Of a stretch of 64,000 nt of DNA, positions 1 to 13,705 are shown in pieces. Source of the stretch: Camelus dromedarius (Eukaryota); the NCBI RefSeq assembly GCF_036321535.1, contig NC_087453.1:27900001-27964000 (forward strand), read 5' to 3'. The position numbers were made by a program, and so were the translations under genes. The notes under the pieces were generated by a model, which worked only from the letters and a program-made list of their open reading frames with translations, was not told the origin of the DNA and searched no databases. The first letter of the stretch is position 1; every line of letters begins with the position of its first letter.

Positions 1-1094
1 TCAAACTAGATTTAATTGTGTTCTGTAAATAGATATGTTACCAGAAACACAGTGGATATCCTGTTGAGATTTTTTAAACATTATCTTTGTGCACATTGTT
101 AGGGATAATTAATGCACTTGAACTTGTATCCTGACCGACAGGATCCATTGAAATAACACATTCTTTAAAGGGATACTCTTTAAGAGATTTCAGTTGCTTG
201 CCAAAGTTGCCTTAATTGTTAAAAAGCAGCACTGGGTCTAAAAAGAGAGACATAGCATTTACTGTCTTCTATTAATAATCCAAATGTATTTCCCAGTGAG
301 AACTTTGAAGAACTTTCCATGTTCAGAAAGCTACCACTTTATCCACAAACATTCTGAGAACAGAAAACAGTTTACTTGGACCAAATTCCCTTTGATTCAA
401 GCTTATTAACTTGAAAAAAAAAAAAACAACTCAGTGACATTAGGAATTGTATTAGTCTCGGCATAGCACCAGCCTCGTAACAAAGAAGACAGGAATAAAT
501 CCATGTGTTTGTTTTAAATAGTAATCTTTACAGTAGTTATCAAGATGCATGTAGTACCAAAGAAAACAGATTATTTTGGATTTAAAGAATACCATAAATT
601 TTACTAGAGAATACTATGAATAAAATTCACAAAAGAACTTCCCCCTAGATAACTGTAATACGCTTCCTTTCTCCTATGCCGTATCCCCAGAATGCAAAGC
701 AGAAATACAGTTATTTATTCAGCTCTGATTCTCAGGTCACTAATATCAAAATTCCATTTTAGAACCACATTAAGTCTTCGGTTCCCTATCAGTGGTTTAC
801 TTGTAGTTATTTCATGTACTCTCTGGCTAACTCAACTTTTGATTTATAGCTTTAAAACAAAAATATTGAGAATAGGTTGAAACCATGAATTTACTGGGAA
901 ATACTGCATTGATTTGTCAAGATAAAATATGTGAACTCTTTATTCATTTGAGTCCACTGAATTAAATTAATATGTTTTTGAATAACATGTTTCTGAATGT
1001 TAAATACCTGTTTATTATGGAATTATTTTTCAAAGCCTACAAATGTACAAAGGAGAAAATACAAACCATATCCTAAAACGAATGTGAAATTTAG

Positions 1095-1340
1095 TTTTCT
1101 GGATTACAGTGTGAGTTATGGAATCAAATGACCTCGATCCAAAACACAGCAAACTACCCCACCCCTCAACTTGAGACCTCAGACAGGTTTTGTAACCTCC
1201 CATCTCCCTCTCTAAAAGGGGTCACTAACCGTGCCAACCTCATGGAGCTGACATGGGCTTAAATGAAAACATTCATGTAAAGCTCATAGAATCATATGCT
1301 TGGCATACAGTAGGTGCTCAATAAATATTATTATTGTCCT
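1095..1340 (+). mobile_element. MIR SINE (ancient, degenerate)
   Basis: MIR 3' part recognisable: aaatgaaaacattcatgtaaagc...gcttggcatacagtaggtgctcaataaatattattatt. Confidence 0.7.
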
Positions 1341-2434
1341 CTCAGTATTTGTATCCTCTCAGTATTTGCATATATATGTGAGAGTTATTTTTTATTTTTT
1401 CTTTTTAATTTGCCATATTGAATACATCATAACCAAGTCTATGGAATCTGGAAAAGCAAATGCCACCAGTTTTTTAAAATCTTTTCCCTTTTGAGATTCT
1501 TTGTATCCAAGCATAGAATTGAAGCAACTTCATTTTTAAAGTTTGGAAATTCTTTATAGTTTCTGGAATAAATGAGCATGATTTAGACTGTATTGGCCTT
1601 CTTAGTTGTCCCTCCAAAAAATGTCAGTAGCAATGGCGACAGATAATCACTGACAGTCTGTCTTGTATTGGAGGCAAGATGTGGTGAACCATGACCTGAA
1701 GACCTACGGCCTGGTCCCGTACTGTGTGTTCACCTAACACTGACTTGGTGTATATTATATTCCGGGCATCAGTCTGGGGAATTAGAATGGAGAATTAAAT
1801 AAGACATAGTCATTTTACTCAGAAACACACAGTCTAGTAGACCATCAGAAGTACAAAAAAAAAAAAAAAAAGGAAACACTGTGTGATGGATGCTCTAAGG
1901 AAAGTATATAAAGTTGGATTGTACACACAAAAGAAGAATGTGTCACCCATACCTGGATTGGTTAGGAATGGTTCACAGAGGAGTATTTGAACATTGGGAA
2001 CATGATCGTTAAGAGTATCTGACCCTGGGCTTCCTCCTACTCAAACACGACAAAATGAATCAGTTCTATCCACTTCATCAAATCATGAGATTCAGGAAAA
2101 GAAAATATGTGAATGAGCTTTTTGATTTTAGTCCTACTTAAAACGTAAGGACCTAGTAATTGCTCATGGCTTTTCCCTATATGTCTCCCACACACTCCTT
2201 CATTTTAGCTTTCAGTGATGCTTGTTTTAACTTATTTCTCAAAAGTATTTTTTCTTCCATTTTCACCCACTGACCCCCAAAGGGTGTCCTCTTTGGACAA
2301 ATTGGGTAAGAGAAAAATAAAGCTGTGTTGAAATATTTTCCATTTTCTATGTGCTAGCATCCAACTGGTAATGAAAATAACACTGTGTTTATTCAGATTG
2401 TCTCATCAATTTGTCCTCTTTAATAGGAAGTTCT

Positions 2435-3386
2435 TTTTTTTTTTCAATTTCAAAACTTTTAAATTTTACTTCATTTTATAAGAATTTGTAGAAATTATAA
2501 AGGTTACTTTCAATATACAGCTATTATAAAATTTTTATATTCCCCTCCCTGCCACTGGCAGCCACTAGTTTGTTATCTGTATCCATGAGTCTGCTTCTTT
2601 TTTGTTATATTCACAAGTTTGTTGTATTTTTTAGATTCCATATATAAGTGATAACATATAGTATTTATCTTTCTCTGTCTGACTTATTTCATTTAGCTTA
2701 NNNNNNNNNNNNNNNNNNNNNNNNNNNNNNNNNNNNNNNNNNNNNNNNNNNNNNNNNNNNNNNNNNNNNNNNNNNNNNNNNNNNNNNNNNNNNNNNNNNN
2801 NNNNNNNNNNNNNNNNNNNNNNNNNNNNNNNNNNNNNNNNNNNNNNNNNNNNNNNNNNNNNNNNNNNNNNNNNNNNNNNNNNNNNNNTGCTTCTGTGAAC
2901 ATTGGGGTGCATGTATCTTTTCAAATTGGTGTTTTTGTTTTNNNNNNNNNNNNNNNNNNNNNNNNNNNNNNNNNNNNNNNNNNNNNNNNNNNNNNNNNNN
3001 NNNNNNNNNNNNNNNNNNNNNNNNNNNNNNNNNNNNNNNNNNNNNNNNNNNNNNNNNNNNNNNNNNNNNNNNNNNNNNNNNNNNNNNNNNNNNNNAACAT
3101 TTGTTACGTGTGTTCTTTTTNNNNNNNNNNNNNNNNNNNNNNNNNNNNNNNNNNNNNNNNNNNNNNNNNNNNNNNNNNNNNNNNNNNNNNNNNNNNNNNN
3201 NNNNNNNNNNNNNNNNNNNNNNNNNNNNNNNNNNNNNNNNNNNNNNNNNNNNNNNNNNNNNNNNNNNNNNNNNNNNNNNNNNNNNNNNNNNNNNNNNNNN
3301 NNNNNNNNNNNNNNTTTATCTATGTTGGATATTAACCCCTTATTGGTCATATCATTTGTAAATATTTTCTCCCATTCAGTTGGTTG
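2435..3386 (-). mobile_element. 5'-truncated cetartiodactyl L1 (3' UTR plus end of ORF2), antisense, partly N-masked
   Basis: Poly-T at about 2434-2444; diagnostic L1 text ttagattccatatataagtgataacatatagtatttatc and gatattaaccccttattggtcatatc; flanking TSD ta(a/g)taggaagttct at 2421-2434 and 3387-3400, followed by AA. Confidence 0.92.
2701..3314. other. N runs 2701-2887, 2942-3095 and 3121-3314 (masking or assembly gaps inside an L1)
   Basis: N blocks alternate with short colinear L1 islands. Confidence 0.99.
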
Positions 3387-3554
3387 TAGTAGGAAGTTCT
3401 AATTCATAGCTAGTAAATAAAAAAATGGTTAGAGTTTTAGTAAAGTATATTATCCTATGAAATTACGTGTATAGTATCTTATGTAGATGACTTTCCTTGA
3501 ATCTGATATTCTATGGGAAGCATACTTGCTTCCATTTTTTTCAAAAATTACTCT

Positions 3555-4150
3555 TACTCACTGAATAATATTTATTGTGGGCTTGCTATATGTTACAGAG
3601 ATTGAGCAGTTAACAAGCAACACACAAGGCCTAGCTTGTGTCGATCTGCAGGTTAATAAGTAATACAGGGAACTGTGCAGCTAGGAGCACAATACAGTTA
3701 AATAAGTATTGAAATACGAGACAAGCATGGTGTGATGGTAGCACAGAATGGAAGATAAAGCTCGGTCTAGGAGGAAGAGATTTTAAGCTCAGATAAGAAG
3801 GGAGAAAAAAAGAGGTCAGTAAGAGAACAAAGACAATGATTGATATCCTTAGGTAAAATCTGTTTATGTGCCTCCTGAGTGAGGCTGGAGGGGAGATGGG
3901 GAGTGGAGTGAGCTCTAAATAGTAACTAAATAGGGAGGATGGGAGAACACATTTGGGGTTCATAAACTCCAGTGGTGCCTGATGCTTGAGTTGGCCAACA
4001 GAGCCACGAAGTATTTTCTTGAGATTTATTTTTAAATCTCTCTTCCCTGTATCTCTCAGCCAAAGAGGAGGCTAGAGAGGCTCATTTCAGGCTATTTTCC
4101 AAACTACTTAAGAGAGACATGGGTGTCTAACTCAGAGTGAGGGTAGCACT
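3555..4150 (-). mobile_element. L2 LINE fragment
   Basis: L2 3' end in reverse (ctcactgaataatatttattg...) followed by typical degenerate L2 purine-rich text. Confidence 0.55.
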
Positions 4151-5388
4151 AAAACAATGTGCATTCTCCAGCCGAAAGGATTTCTTTCATTTTGTGAATT
4201 AAATGGAATTTGGGGAACTTGTTTACAGGTGATGCTCGTCCCCATTTTATGAGTGGCAAAACACCATGAAACAATTCATGGGAAGTTCCCATTGTTCTTG
4301 GATTTGGCCACTTGTGCTCATGATTTCAAAGTCGGTGTTTAGGTAACAAAGTTTAATGACATGCTGCATCTTGCTGTAGATACATGATACAGATACTATT
4401 TGGTTGTCTCAAAAATCTGTTTTGCAAAATAGAGGTGTTTTTTCTTGCTTTCTAAATTGATTTAGCAAAGAAAATATTATTTTATTTGTTCATTCCACAA
4501 ATCTGGGACTCCTGCTGTTTGCCAAGTGATGAACTAAGGTTTCTTATCTGCTAGCAAACAGTGTACAGTTTCAGACAATATTTTTTAGATATTTCTATAA
4601 TGGTACATTTTTAAAACCTTTGAATATGGTAAAAGGAAGGGTGTTCTCTTTGGTTTAAGGGCTTGAAAATAAAAATAATCATATAAACACATACCTGAAA
4701 TGGGAAAAACGGGATGAAGAATGTCCTTCCTGTTAACAAAAGGCTTGAATACATGCTTCCGGTTTCCATAGCAGCCCGAATAAACAGAAAAACAAGCCAT
4801 AGAAGTTACTTTTTGTATCAGTGACTTGCTTCCCAAACAATAGGACCAAGAGGAGTCAGTGACAATCATAACTGATATCCTATTTAAGAAAAGTGTTTTG
4901 CAATTTTTCAGATTATTTAAACCAGAAGGAACATTGCTTGAAAAAAAAAGATACAAAATTGGAATTTATGTTTTCATTTTGAAAATATCTTTCTCCAGCT
5001 TCTTTAAAAAAAAACATTCTGAAGTCACATAAACACATGAATGATTTGAATGTTCTTCATGCTGCTGATTCGTATACTTAAAAATGGTCTATTTACATTA
5101 TGTCTATTTTATTACAATTAAAAATGAGAGTAAAGTCACACAAAAAAGCAACCTAAAAAAAAAAAAATCTGCCAAACAGTCCCTGTTTTCACTAGGTCTA
5201 ATTTACTTTAGTAAATGTACTTAAGAAATTGCCTTAACATCCCTTTAGAGGGAAAAAAAAACCTCTTACGCTTAAAATATAATGAAAAAGCAACAGAAAA
5301 TAAGGCTTTTGATACCTCCACGCCAGTGTCCAAGTGAACTCTACAGCTGGCCTCATAGAGGTCTTCTGAATGTTTACTGTGACCTTCT

Positions 5389-5474
5389 AGAAGAAAGAAA
5401 AGAGGGAGGAAAGAGGGAGGAGGAAAGAAGAAAGAGAGAAAAATAAGGAGGGAGGAAGATAGTGAAGAAGAAGG
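5389..5474 (+). repeat. Homopurine (GA-rich) tract ending 28 nt before exon 8
   Basis: 55 consecutive purines at 5389-5443, then only three T up to 5474. Confidence 0.9.
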
Positions 5475-5502
5475 TAATTTACCGTCTTGTTTTATTCCCC
5501 AG

Positions 5503-5603
5503 AATGATTCGATACCTCAAGAAGATTTCACTCCAGAAGTGTACAGAGTTTTCCTGAACAACCTGTGTCCTCGACCTGAAATTGATAACATCTTTTCCGA
5601 ATT
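5503..5603 (+). CDS. PLCB1: PLCB1 exon 8 (101 nt), EF-hand region: [33 protein letters not shown](F)
   Basis: Acceptor ttttattccccag|AAT, donor TT|gtaaga; translation matches PLCB1; phases 0/2. Confidence 0.98.
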
Positions 5604-6732
5604 GTAAGAGAACACATTTTTAACCCACTTGTTCCAGCTTGTACTGTGGCCACTCAGGGTGGCTAGGGCAGGATTTCGAACAGTAAAGGGAGATGGAAAA
5701 ACCTCTTTGCACATGATGAATAGCAGCAGTGCTTCTGTATAATTGGCTGGGGACAATCACACATCCCTCCCCCTGAGGTGCAGCCATTGCTTTTAATGAT
5801 TGAAGTCTGCTATGATTTGTTGCAGGGTGCAGTTGTTTTAGCATCTTCAGGGGGCTCTGTGTGATTTGAAGATTGTGTCTAGAACAAAGAGACACCTGGG
5901 CTTACTTAGTGAAGATAGACTCATGTTGCAGAGAGAAGGCTGAACCAAGACCCCTCTGAACCATTTTACCTCTCCGCTTTTCATTAATGAAAGGAGAAGT
6001 TTGGATTACTGAGAACCCTCCCAACTGAAAATTATTTGCTTTTATGTTAGAAGTTATATGGGCAATAATTTTTTTTTCCAAATAAATGAAAAAAAAAAAA
6101 GAAAAGAAAATAAACTAATGAAAACACCAAGGCAAATATCGGGAAGTAGCCATGTACCTTTCTTGATATACTAAAATCTACATGATGAAAGATCAATCCA
6201 TAATTGATAAGCTGAATAAAGATTCCTTCATATGAAAGACAAGCAAACAGTGCTGCTGAGAGTGACATCGGATATACTCACTTGGCCACGTGGATTGTCA
6301 TCAACTAGTTATTGAACATCTGCAATATTTGTACCATTGAACTTGTCTTTGGTTGTCAACAGGATTGAAATGGCAAGTTTAAATCACCCTACATTGCAGA
6401 CTCCTGTTAAAGCATAATTTTAATGAAAAGAAAAAAATGTACCCAAACATATAGTTTATTTTTTAGTAATGAGTGATAAATACATCTTTAGATGATTAAG
6501 TGGAATTTGAGAATTTGATAACTAAACTAGAAGCATAGTGTTTTGACTAATCAGAAAAAAAACAGTCTGTACCTCTGTGTTCCACTTAAGAGTGGTGGTG
6601 CATCTTTGCACACAAGATGCAGTGTTTTCCTACTGTGATTTTCGTATGCATTTGGTTTGGTTCAAGGGCATTGAGATCAATGGCAGTGACTGCAAAAGAT
6701 GTTTGTATCCCATGGAGACAGGGCAGTTGTAA

Positions 6733-7125
<393 letters not shown>

Positions 7126-10100
7126 TAAGGGACGTCAAGGATTGTTTAAGGCAGTTGCCCATATTTGTATGCCTGCTTTTCTTTCTAACTTAAATCACTG
7201 GTGGCTTAACCAACAGATTTTTTTTTTTAAACTTTGTTTAGTATGTTATGTTTTTGCTGTTGTTATGTGTACGTATGGGTGTAACATAGCTTTTTAAATC
7301 TAATTATTTATCTTGTTTGTCTAATCATTTGTTTTGTTTTTAATTTACCCAGTGACTGAATGCATCTTTTTTCAGACAGGAAATTCACTATCTTAAAGGT
7401 TGCCCTTTTGGGTCTATTTCTAGTTCTGTGACATGACCCACAGCTTTTTCTAAATCTCTAAACTTAAAGAGAATATTCAGTCCATTAAACCCTTAGCTTA
7501 TTCTAGTTTGCACTATTGATGAACTTTTCAACTTGAAAAAAAATATTATAAACTTCGGCCTTTTTAGAAAAAAAGTCAGTGTTTGTAGAAAAAAATCATG
7601 TCTAAAAATTGATATCAGAGGGACAGCACTAAGTTCCCTGGAAGTTAGTGAGATATTCATAGTTCTGGTTCTGGAGAAATGACATGCCAAAATGAGATCA
7701 TGAAGATTTAATTGCTGGGAGTTTTCAATTTTATGTGGCATCATTGTCTTCGAACAGGGTCAAAAAGCTGTTCCTTTACCACTAAGACTAAGTTTCATCT
7801 GGATTGAAATACCTTCACAGAGAAAATGAGTGTGTTAACACCGATGTTATTGTAAATTGCCTAGAAATTCCATAGGGAGGAGATAAAGGGCAATTAACCA
7901 ACGATTAAGAAGAAATAAATTGCATGTTAATATGTAGGCAATTTATAACAAATAGCTCTAGCAAGCTTATGATCATTAATAAGAATGGTTATCATAACAG
8001 TAGCTTAAAATTTTTTATTCTATTGTATTTTCCTGCAGCTGGTCCTCTAAATGAGAAATGAAAGTATTAAGTATCAAAGTGGAATCTTATCCTTAAGATT
8101 ATTATTGCTATTACTGTTATTATTTGGGAATTTATAGATGAATTTTTTTTAGGTTTTGGTTCTATTATTTTTCATATTTTAGTTTTAGTTTTAGTTTCTT
8201 CATCACGCACTTTGTCTGTGTTGTGGTCATCATTCTTATTGTTGCCAAGGTCAAAGGAAACTGACCCAATACACATTGGTACACATTGGTGTTGCCAGGC
8301 CTGTCCCTCCAGCCTCCTCAGAGCTGACTCCCTTTTTTCCCTGGTGCCTCAGAGATAGGATTTCTCCTTACCGTTAAGCAGGGAGCAACTCCTTGGAGAT
8401 TTTGCCCAGATAGCTTGACAGTTTCCTTCTGAAATCCACCAAAAATTAACACTGTGTTTTACCAAATCCAACAAGACTTCTGAAAACAGTTTGCTTAGAA
8501 CTTCAGGAAAACAAAAAGCTTTTGTGAAACCAATGAGGCACTTCAAAACCTAAGCTCCACCCTTTTCTCCTCCCTTCACACCACACTGCTAATGGTCCAT
8601 GCTTCCTCTGCTGTGTGATGCCCCCGGTACATCACACTCTGCTGATGAGGACAAAGTAGAAGATACAAAGGAAAATATTACAGTAGGTTATTGTAAAACT
8701 CCATCATCTTGGAAGAACCAATTTTGATTCTCATGGAAATTATGACACTATCACTTGGCATTTGCAAGGGTATTCAGTGCCATCTTGTAACTGTACTAGG
8801 TATGACTTCTGTAATCACCACCAATGCACAAAATTCAGGTATATTTAATATAGCAACTTAATTTAGTTTTCTACAGTTTGATATGATACTGATCATGAAG
8901 CCTCTGTGTCAGTCCTATGTGATTTTTTTAAATCACCGTGTTCATTTCTCAACCCTAGAACTCCAGTAAGAAGATGAACTTGAGATGTCTCACACCAAGT
9001 TATTTTGTTTGCTACTTTGGCTCTGTTTACGTGAACAGAGAAGATTAGAGAGAATTGTTTTATTCTATGAACTGTTGTTTCATAGTCCAAAGTAACAATT
9101 TTGAAATCTTTATTTGTAGGAATAAAAAATTGTTAAGTTAGACCTCAGTTCTTTAGTAACCAAGAGTTTGAAATATTTTTTTCCCAAAATGAAAGTCATG
9201 TTTTTATTTGATTTTACAGTTCATAATACTTGATATTTGACTTTAAGATCTTTTCAGGAACTCCATTTTGTGTCCAACAAAGTACAGTTTTAAGAAAGTA
9301 TTTGTTATATAGCTCTAATAGGATGACTGATGTGCAAGAAAATTAGCTCTCATTTATAATGTGACTTTCATAATGTACATTATCATTTTGCAAAGAAGCA
9401 GACCAAGGCTTTGTGGTTAAATGACTGACCTAAGATCTCATGCCAAGATGCTGTTCGAGAAAGCAGAGTTTTTCACTTTTAGTCAACTCGTTAATATGTT
9501 TTGATCAATAGACACATAAGAAAATAAATAGGGAAGTTTAATATTAAATTATCATCTTTCGGCTGCATAATATTACACTATCATCTTGACTCAGATATGC
9601 CCAAGAATTAATTAAATTGACAACAAAACTCAGTCTCATTTATCTGAGAAAGACACTTCTCTCGTGCCTATATTTAATATAAAGTGATGGAAATAAGATA
9701 CATATATAATATACATACATAATAACACAAATACACATATACTCTCTGATATCAAGAAACATATTTTAAAATAGATGTGAAACAAATAAACAATATACAA
9801 AGTTACATAGGTTAATATTTAGTTTTTATATGCATCTTATATAATTTTTGCCCAAAAGGTAATCTAAAATTAAATGAAAAATCTTCTAATGTGGCCAAAA
9901 ACCTAACTGCTAACACTGAGCATAGGTGAGCTGACTGCTAGCACTGCACCTGGAAGTGTGAAGCGAAAACCCAGAAGAGATGACAGACTTGATGCTCCGT
10001 GCATCTGGTGTCATTAGTATGTTAGCCGTATTTCCGCGCTGGAATTTCTGTTTCTGGAGATGTAGGTATTAGATTCAAAAAAGTCTGTAGCAGAGGTGTG

Positions 10101-11349
10101 GTGGTGTTGCAACAGGGAGGAGGCTGATTCTGGGGAGAGGAGGAGATAAGGCTAAATACATTAAGCTTGATTCTGTAAGTCACACATGCAAAAAAAATGT
10201 TCAACAATGTAATATTTAAAATATCTGGAGTATTGTTAAATGTACCACTTTCTTTGACTTGTAGACGTATGCTTTCTAAACATGAGAACATGAGCCGTAT
10301 GGTAAGTTCAAGCTTTTAGTCCCACACATAAGATTGAGTTCCTTCATCTCTGAGTTCTTTTGATTGGTCTTGAAATAGAATCAAGTCAACAGAAAAGGAA
10401 AATAAATAATCAGAAGATCTCTGTGCAGTCTGAGGCCGAGTGTTCACATGTCTGGGTTTCACAGGGTTGGAATCTCGTTCCACGAGAAACTATTCTCATA
10501 GGAGTTTGGCTGCTTTTTACAATTTAAAATCACACACTGAAAAATGCTGTGGCCCCAGGTCAACAAATGTTTCTTTCTGGCCATGTTGTTTGCACTGAAG
10601 CCTAGCTATGCTTAACACCAGGGGCACACAGTGACCCCTGGCTCTTCCAAACAAAAGGGTCAGGGATGTCAGTTTGAAGACTAATGTCTTTTAGAGTTTT
10701 TTTGGTTTTTTTTTTTTTTTTTTTTGAATTATTTAAACCCTTTAGAGGAAAGGCAGTGAGTAAAATTAGCATGAAAAGTTAAATGATTCTATTGGTGCCT
10801 TAAACACATGCTACAGATCTCTAGATTCAACAGCTATGTCTGTAAAAGAAAGTCAAATTGTCCTTAAATAAACTGCCAAGCCAAAAGAAAATGGTTGAGT
10901 TTTTTCAAGCTTTTGTTCTTCCGTGAAGAGCAGGTGTTCATGAGTATTTGTTAAGCAGTTGAATTAATATAACAGATTATAATATTAGCCGATATTTCAA
11001 GGTTCATTTCTTTTTTTATCATCAGTTATTCCTCTTGGATTTTTTATAAGGTATAGTATACCAAAGCTTCCTTGCTTCACTGCAGTTAAATCATAAAAAT
11101 GAAACTACATAATCTCTTTTAGTATTTGATCAGTCCTCCCTGTGTTAAGAGTTTAAGAGTTGAAATGAACTCATAATTAATAATAGCAAAGCGATTTGTT
11201 TTTAAGCAAAGCAAATAGAAGTTCAGATAGAGCAAGAATTTTTGCCCCGAATAGACCTAAGCTAATAATGATTGCATCAGTAGGAATAACCCCATTGTAT
11301 ATTCAGTATTGTTTTATTTTTAACATGCTCATACAAGTGAACTGTATTG

Positions 11350-11873
11350 TGTTGTGGGCATAACGTGGCGGGCTGGTGACGGGGGTTGGGATAAGAATTA
11401 CCAGAGACTGAGAAGACTTTAGGAAGGTTTAATAGGGCCACTGCTATAGGCAACAGCGGGCCACACAGGCAAGCAGTGTTTGCATGAGCGCCCAGGGTGG
11501 CCGCGCAGGGTCTTTTATTGGGAGGAGGGGTTGTGCACACAAGGAGGAGGGGCTGCATGGTCAGTTCGTGCCCAGGCACCTGATTGGTTGTCAGACCTGT
11601 CAGGGACTTCTCTGAATGATAGGATTTATGGCTTTGATAAGGGCAGGATGTGAGGCCTGTCCGCCTAAGGTATTGTGAGCCCAGCTATCTCCTGGGATGA
11701 TGAGTTTTGTTAGGGTAAACACACATCAAGAGATGTTTGTATCCTGCAGAAACGCAGGTGTGCGGAGGGTCCTGCAGAGGGGAGTAGGAGTTAAGGCTGT
11801 CAATGGATCCAGGGACACAGAGAGCCCAGGGGTGGGGGGTTTATGACTCCAGAGAGTGCCAGCTGGCTCCACA
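11350..11873 (-). mobile_element. Probable solo ERV LTR, antisense
   Basis: On the minus strand: starts TGTGGAGCC and ends CCACAACA; CCAAT (11583-11587), AATAAAAGA TATA-like box (11511-11519) and ATTAAA (11428-11433) in canonical order; retains CpGs. No TSD found. Confidence 0.65.
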
Positions 11874-11969
11874 TTTCCTATCATCACTGTCAAGAGCATG
11901 AAGCCCCAGGAGTGTGCTAGAGGGAACCCTGGACTTGAGAATCTTGCAATGGGTAGTAGTGGTTGGAAC

Positions 11970-12514
11970 TCCTTCAGTTGAAAAATGACAGAAACTTAAT
12001 CCAAACTGAAAGGCTGAAGCACAGAAAGGAATTGAAGGGTTCATATAAGCAAAAAGTGAAGGTATTAATGACTTTAGGCATGACTACATCCAGGGGCTCA
12101 CACTGACACCATCAAGGCTTGTCTTTCATCTCCCATCATGTTCTCTGTCCTGGCTGTCATTCTTGGGCAGGCTCTCCTGAAGTGACAAGAAAGCCACCAG
12201 CAGCTCTAGGCCTGCCAGCCTCAGTACACAGAAACTCCCTTTTGTCATAGTTCCATCAAAAGTACCAGAAACTAGAACCTGGCTTAAGTCACCCACTGCC
12301 ACTCCTGAACTGGGATCACTGTGAGCTGGAGGGCAGAACGTGCCAGTTGGACAGACGTCAGTCACATGATTCTCCCTAAAGCAAAGAAGGAGTCCACCAC
12401 CCAAACCACATAAACTCACAGTGGGAGAGAGGTGGTTCCCTAAAATTTCAGCTGGGGTGTGCCACCTAGAAAAAGGTGAAATGGTCACCAGGCAGATAAA
12501 AACAGCAGATCCCA
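11970..12514 (-). mobile_element. MaLR LTR, MLT1K-like
   Basis: tcagttgaaaaatgacagaaac...catgactacatccaggggctca...gggcaggctctc resembles MLT1K reverse consensus. Confidence 0.7.
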
Positions 12515-13164
12515 CTAAAACTGGGTCAGAAATCAACAGGTCATCATTGCTTACCTTATCTTAGGATACGCGTTTAATCTCCTGGACCAGCCCCACCCCC
12601 TGATTTTTCTCATCTTTGAAAGTATTCCCTGAGAGAATTGCTGGGAGGATTAAGTAAATTGTCATGATGAGAAGGTTGCATGTATAAATTGTTGCCCACT
12701 AAACTCTTGTTCATCAGAACTAACGAAAAATGAGAGCTGGCACTTAGGTCAAATTATTTCAACCCATTTATGGGTCTGGAAGTGAGAAACAAAGCACTGG
12801 GCAGAGGCACTCCTGAATGCTACTGTCTCTTGGCTAACAGGCCTATTTAGCTTATTGCAGTTAATAATAAATTAGAATCATTTGATGATGAAACCTGAAA
12901 AAATGTAGCAAGTCATATCCATGCACAAATGTTCATTTCTGATTCAATCATTATTTTATCTGTGTTTTTATTAAAATGGAATTATGATAGTTTAAAATGT
13001 AAAGATTTTACACTGGGATCTTACTGTGTACTTTATCACTTAATTTTCTTAGTAGAGTTTTAAAAATCATTATTTTCCCAGCCCCATGACTTTTTACTAG
13101 GTAGAAGTTACAAGAAATAATGATTATTTTTATTAATATCTATTGTTCATCCTTGAGAGATGAA

Positions 13165-13290
13165 ACATGCCGTGATTAAGGAAAGAGGCTGGCATTGTGT
13201 TATGGTTAAACCAGTTAATCTCAGGCAAGTGACTTCACTTGCTTAAGCCTTAGGTTCCTCATCTGTAAAATGGGATGATACCAATACTAG
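13165..13290 (+). mobile_element. MIR core
   Basis: caggcaagtgacttcacttgcttaagccttaggttcctcatctgtaaaatgggatgata. Confidence 0.8.
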
Positions 13291-13309
13291 CAAACTGCAG
13301 TGCTCTTCC

Positions 13310-13705
13310 ATATCCCTTGGCATCCATTGTTCCAATGCAGTCACAGCTCCTCTGTATCTCTCCAGGATCTTTTCTCAGCCCAACCACAGCCAACCTACAA
13401 GTTCCCAGGACTTCATGGCCCCAAGGGTCATTTTCATTCAAAAGACAGTACCTCTCTTTCTTGCCCCTTGGGTGGGACAGTTGTGGTACACGTTCTCTGC
13501 ATTCTCCCCGAGTTCCCAAGTAGAACTGAGCCTCAGTCATCCACAACTGTAGCCTGCTTGATAATGTTTCCCTTCTTAGCTGCCTTTTCTTCCCTTCTCA
13601 TTTCTCTGCTCCCTACTGTTAGTTCCTGGGTTACCTCCCAACTAAGCTACTTGCATTCAAATCCTTATCTCAAAGCCTTCTTTTAGAAGAACACAAGCTA
13701 AGACA
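13310..13705 (+). mobile_element. ERVL-class LTR (LTR33/LTR16 family), sense
   Basis: 3' end ctacttgcattcaaatccttatctcaaagcc...acaagctaagaca matches the LTR33/LTR16 terminus. Confidence 0.7.

Noticed and set aside
2631-3402. Long ORFs (up to 239 aa) here and at 26839-27521
   Set aside because: Artefacts of translating through N runs; the real residues are L1 ORF2 C-terminal or UTR fragments.
1-5502. PLCB1 exon 7 at the left end, or exon 16 at the right end (63178-64000)
   Set aside because: No sequence encoding RLFSADRKRVETALEAC or GTAGSEAMATEEMS was found; both exons lie outside the window.
6284-6291. E-box CCACGTGG (and other isolated CACGTG, AGGTCA or D-box-like words) as regulatory sites
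   Set aside because: Isolated 6-8-mers are expected by chance in 64 kb; I have no conservation or chromatin evidence.
10265-10301. 37-nt cryptic exon (ctttgacttgtag|...ATG|gtaagt)
   Set aside because: A good donor, but such pairs are expected by chance in a 22-kb intron and there is no independent support.
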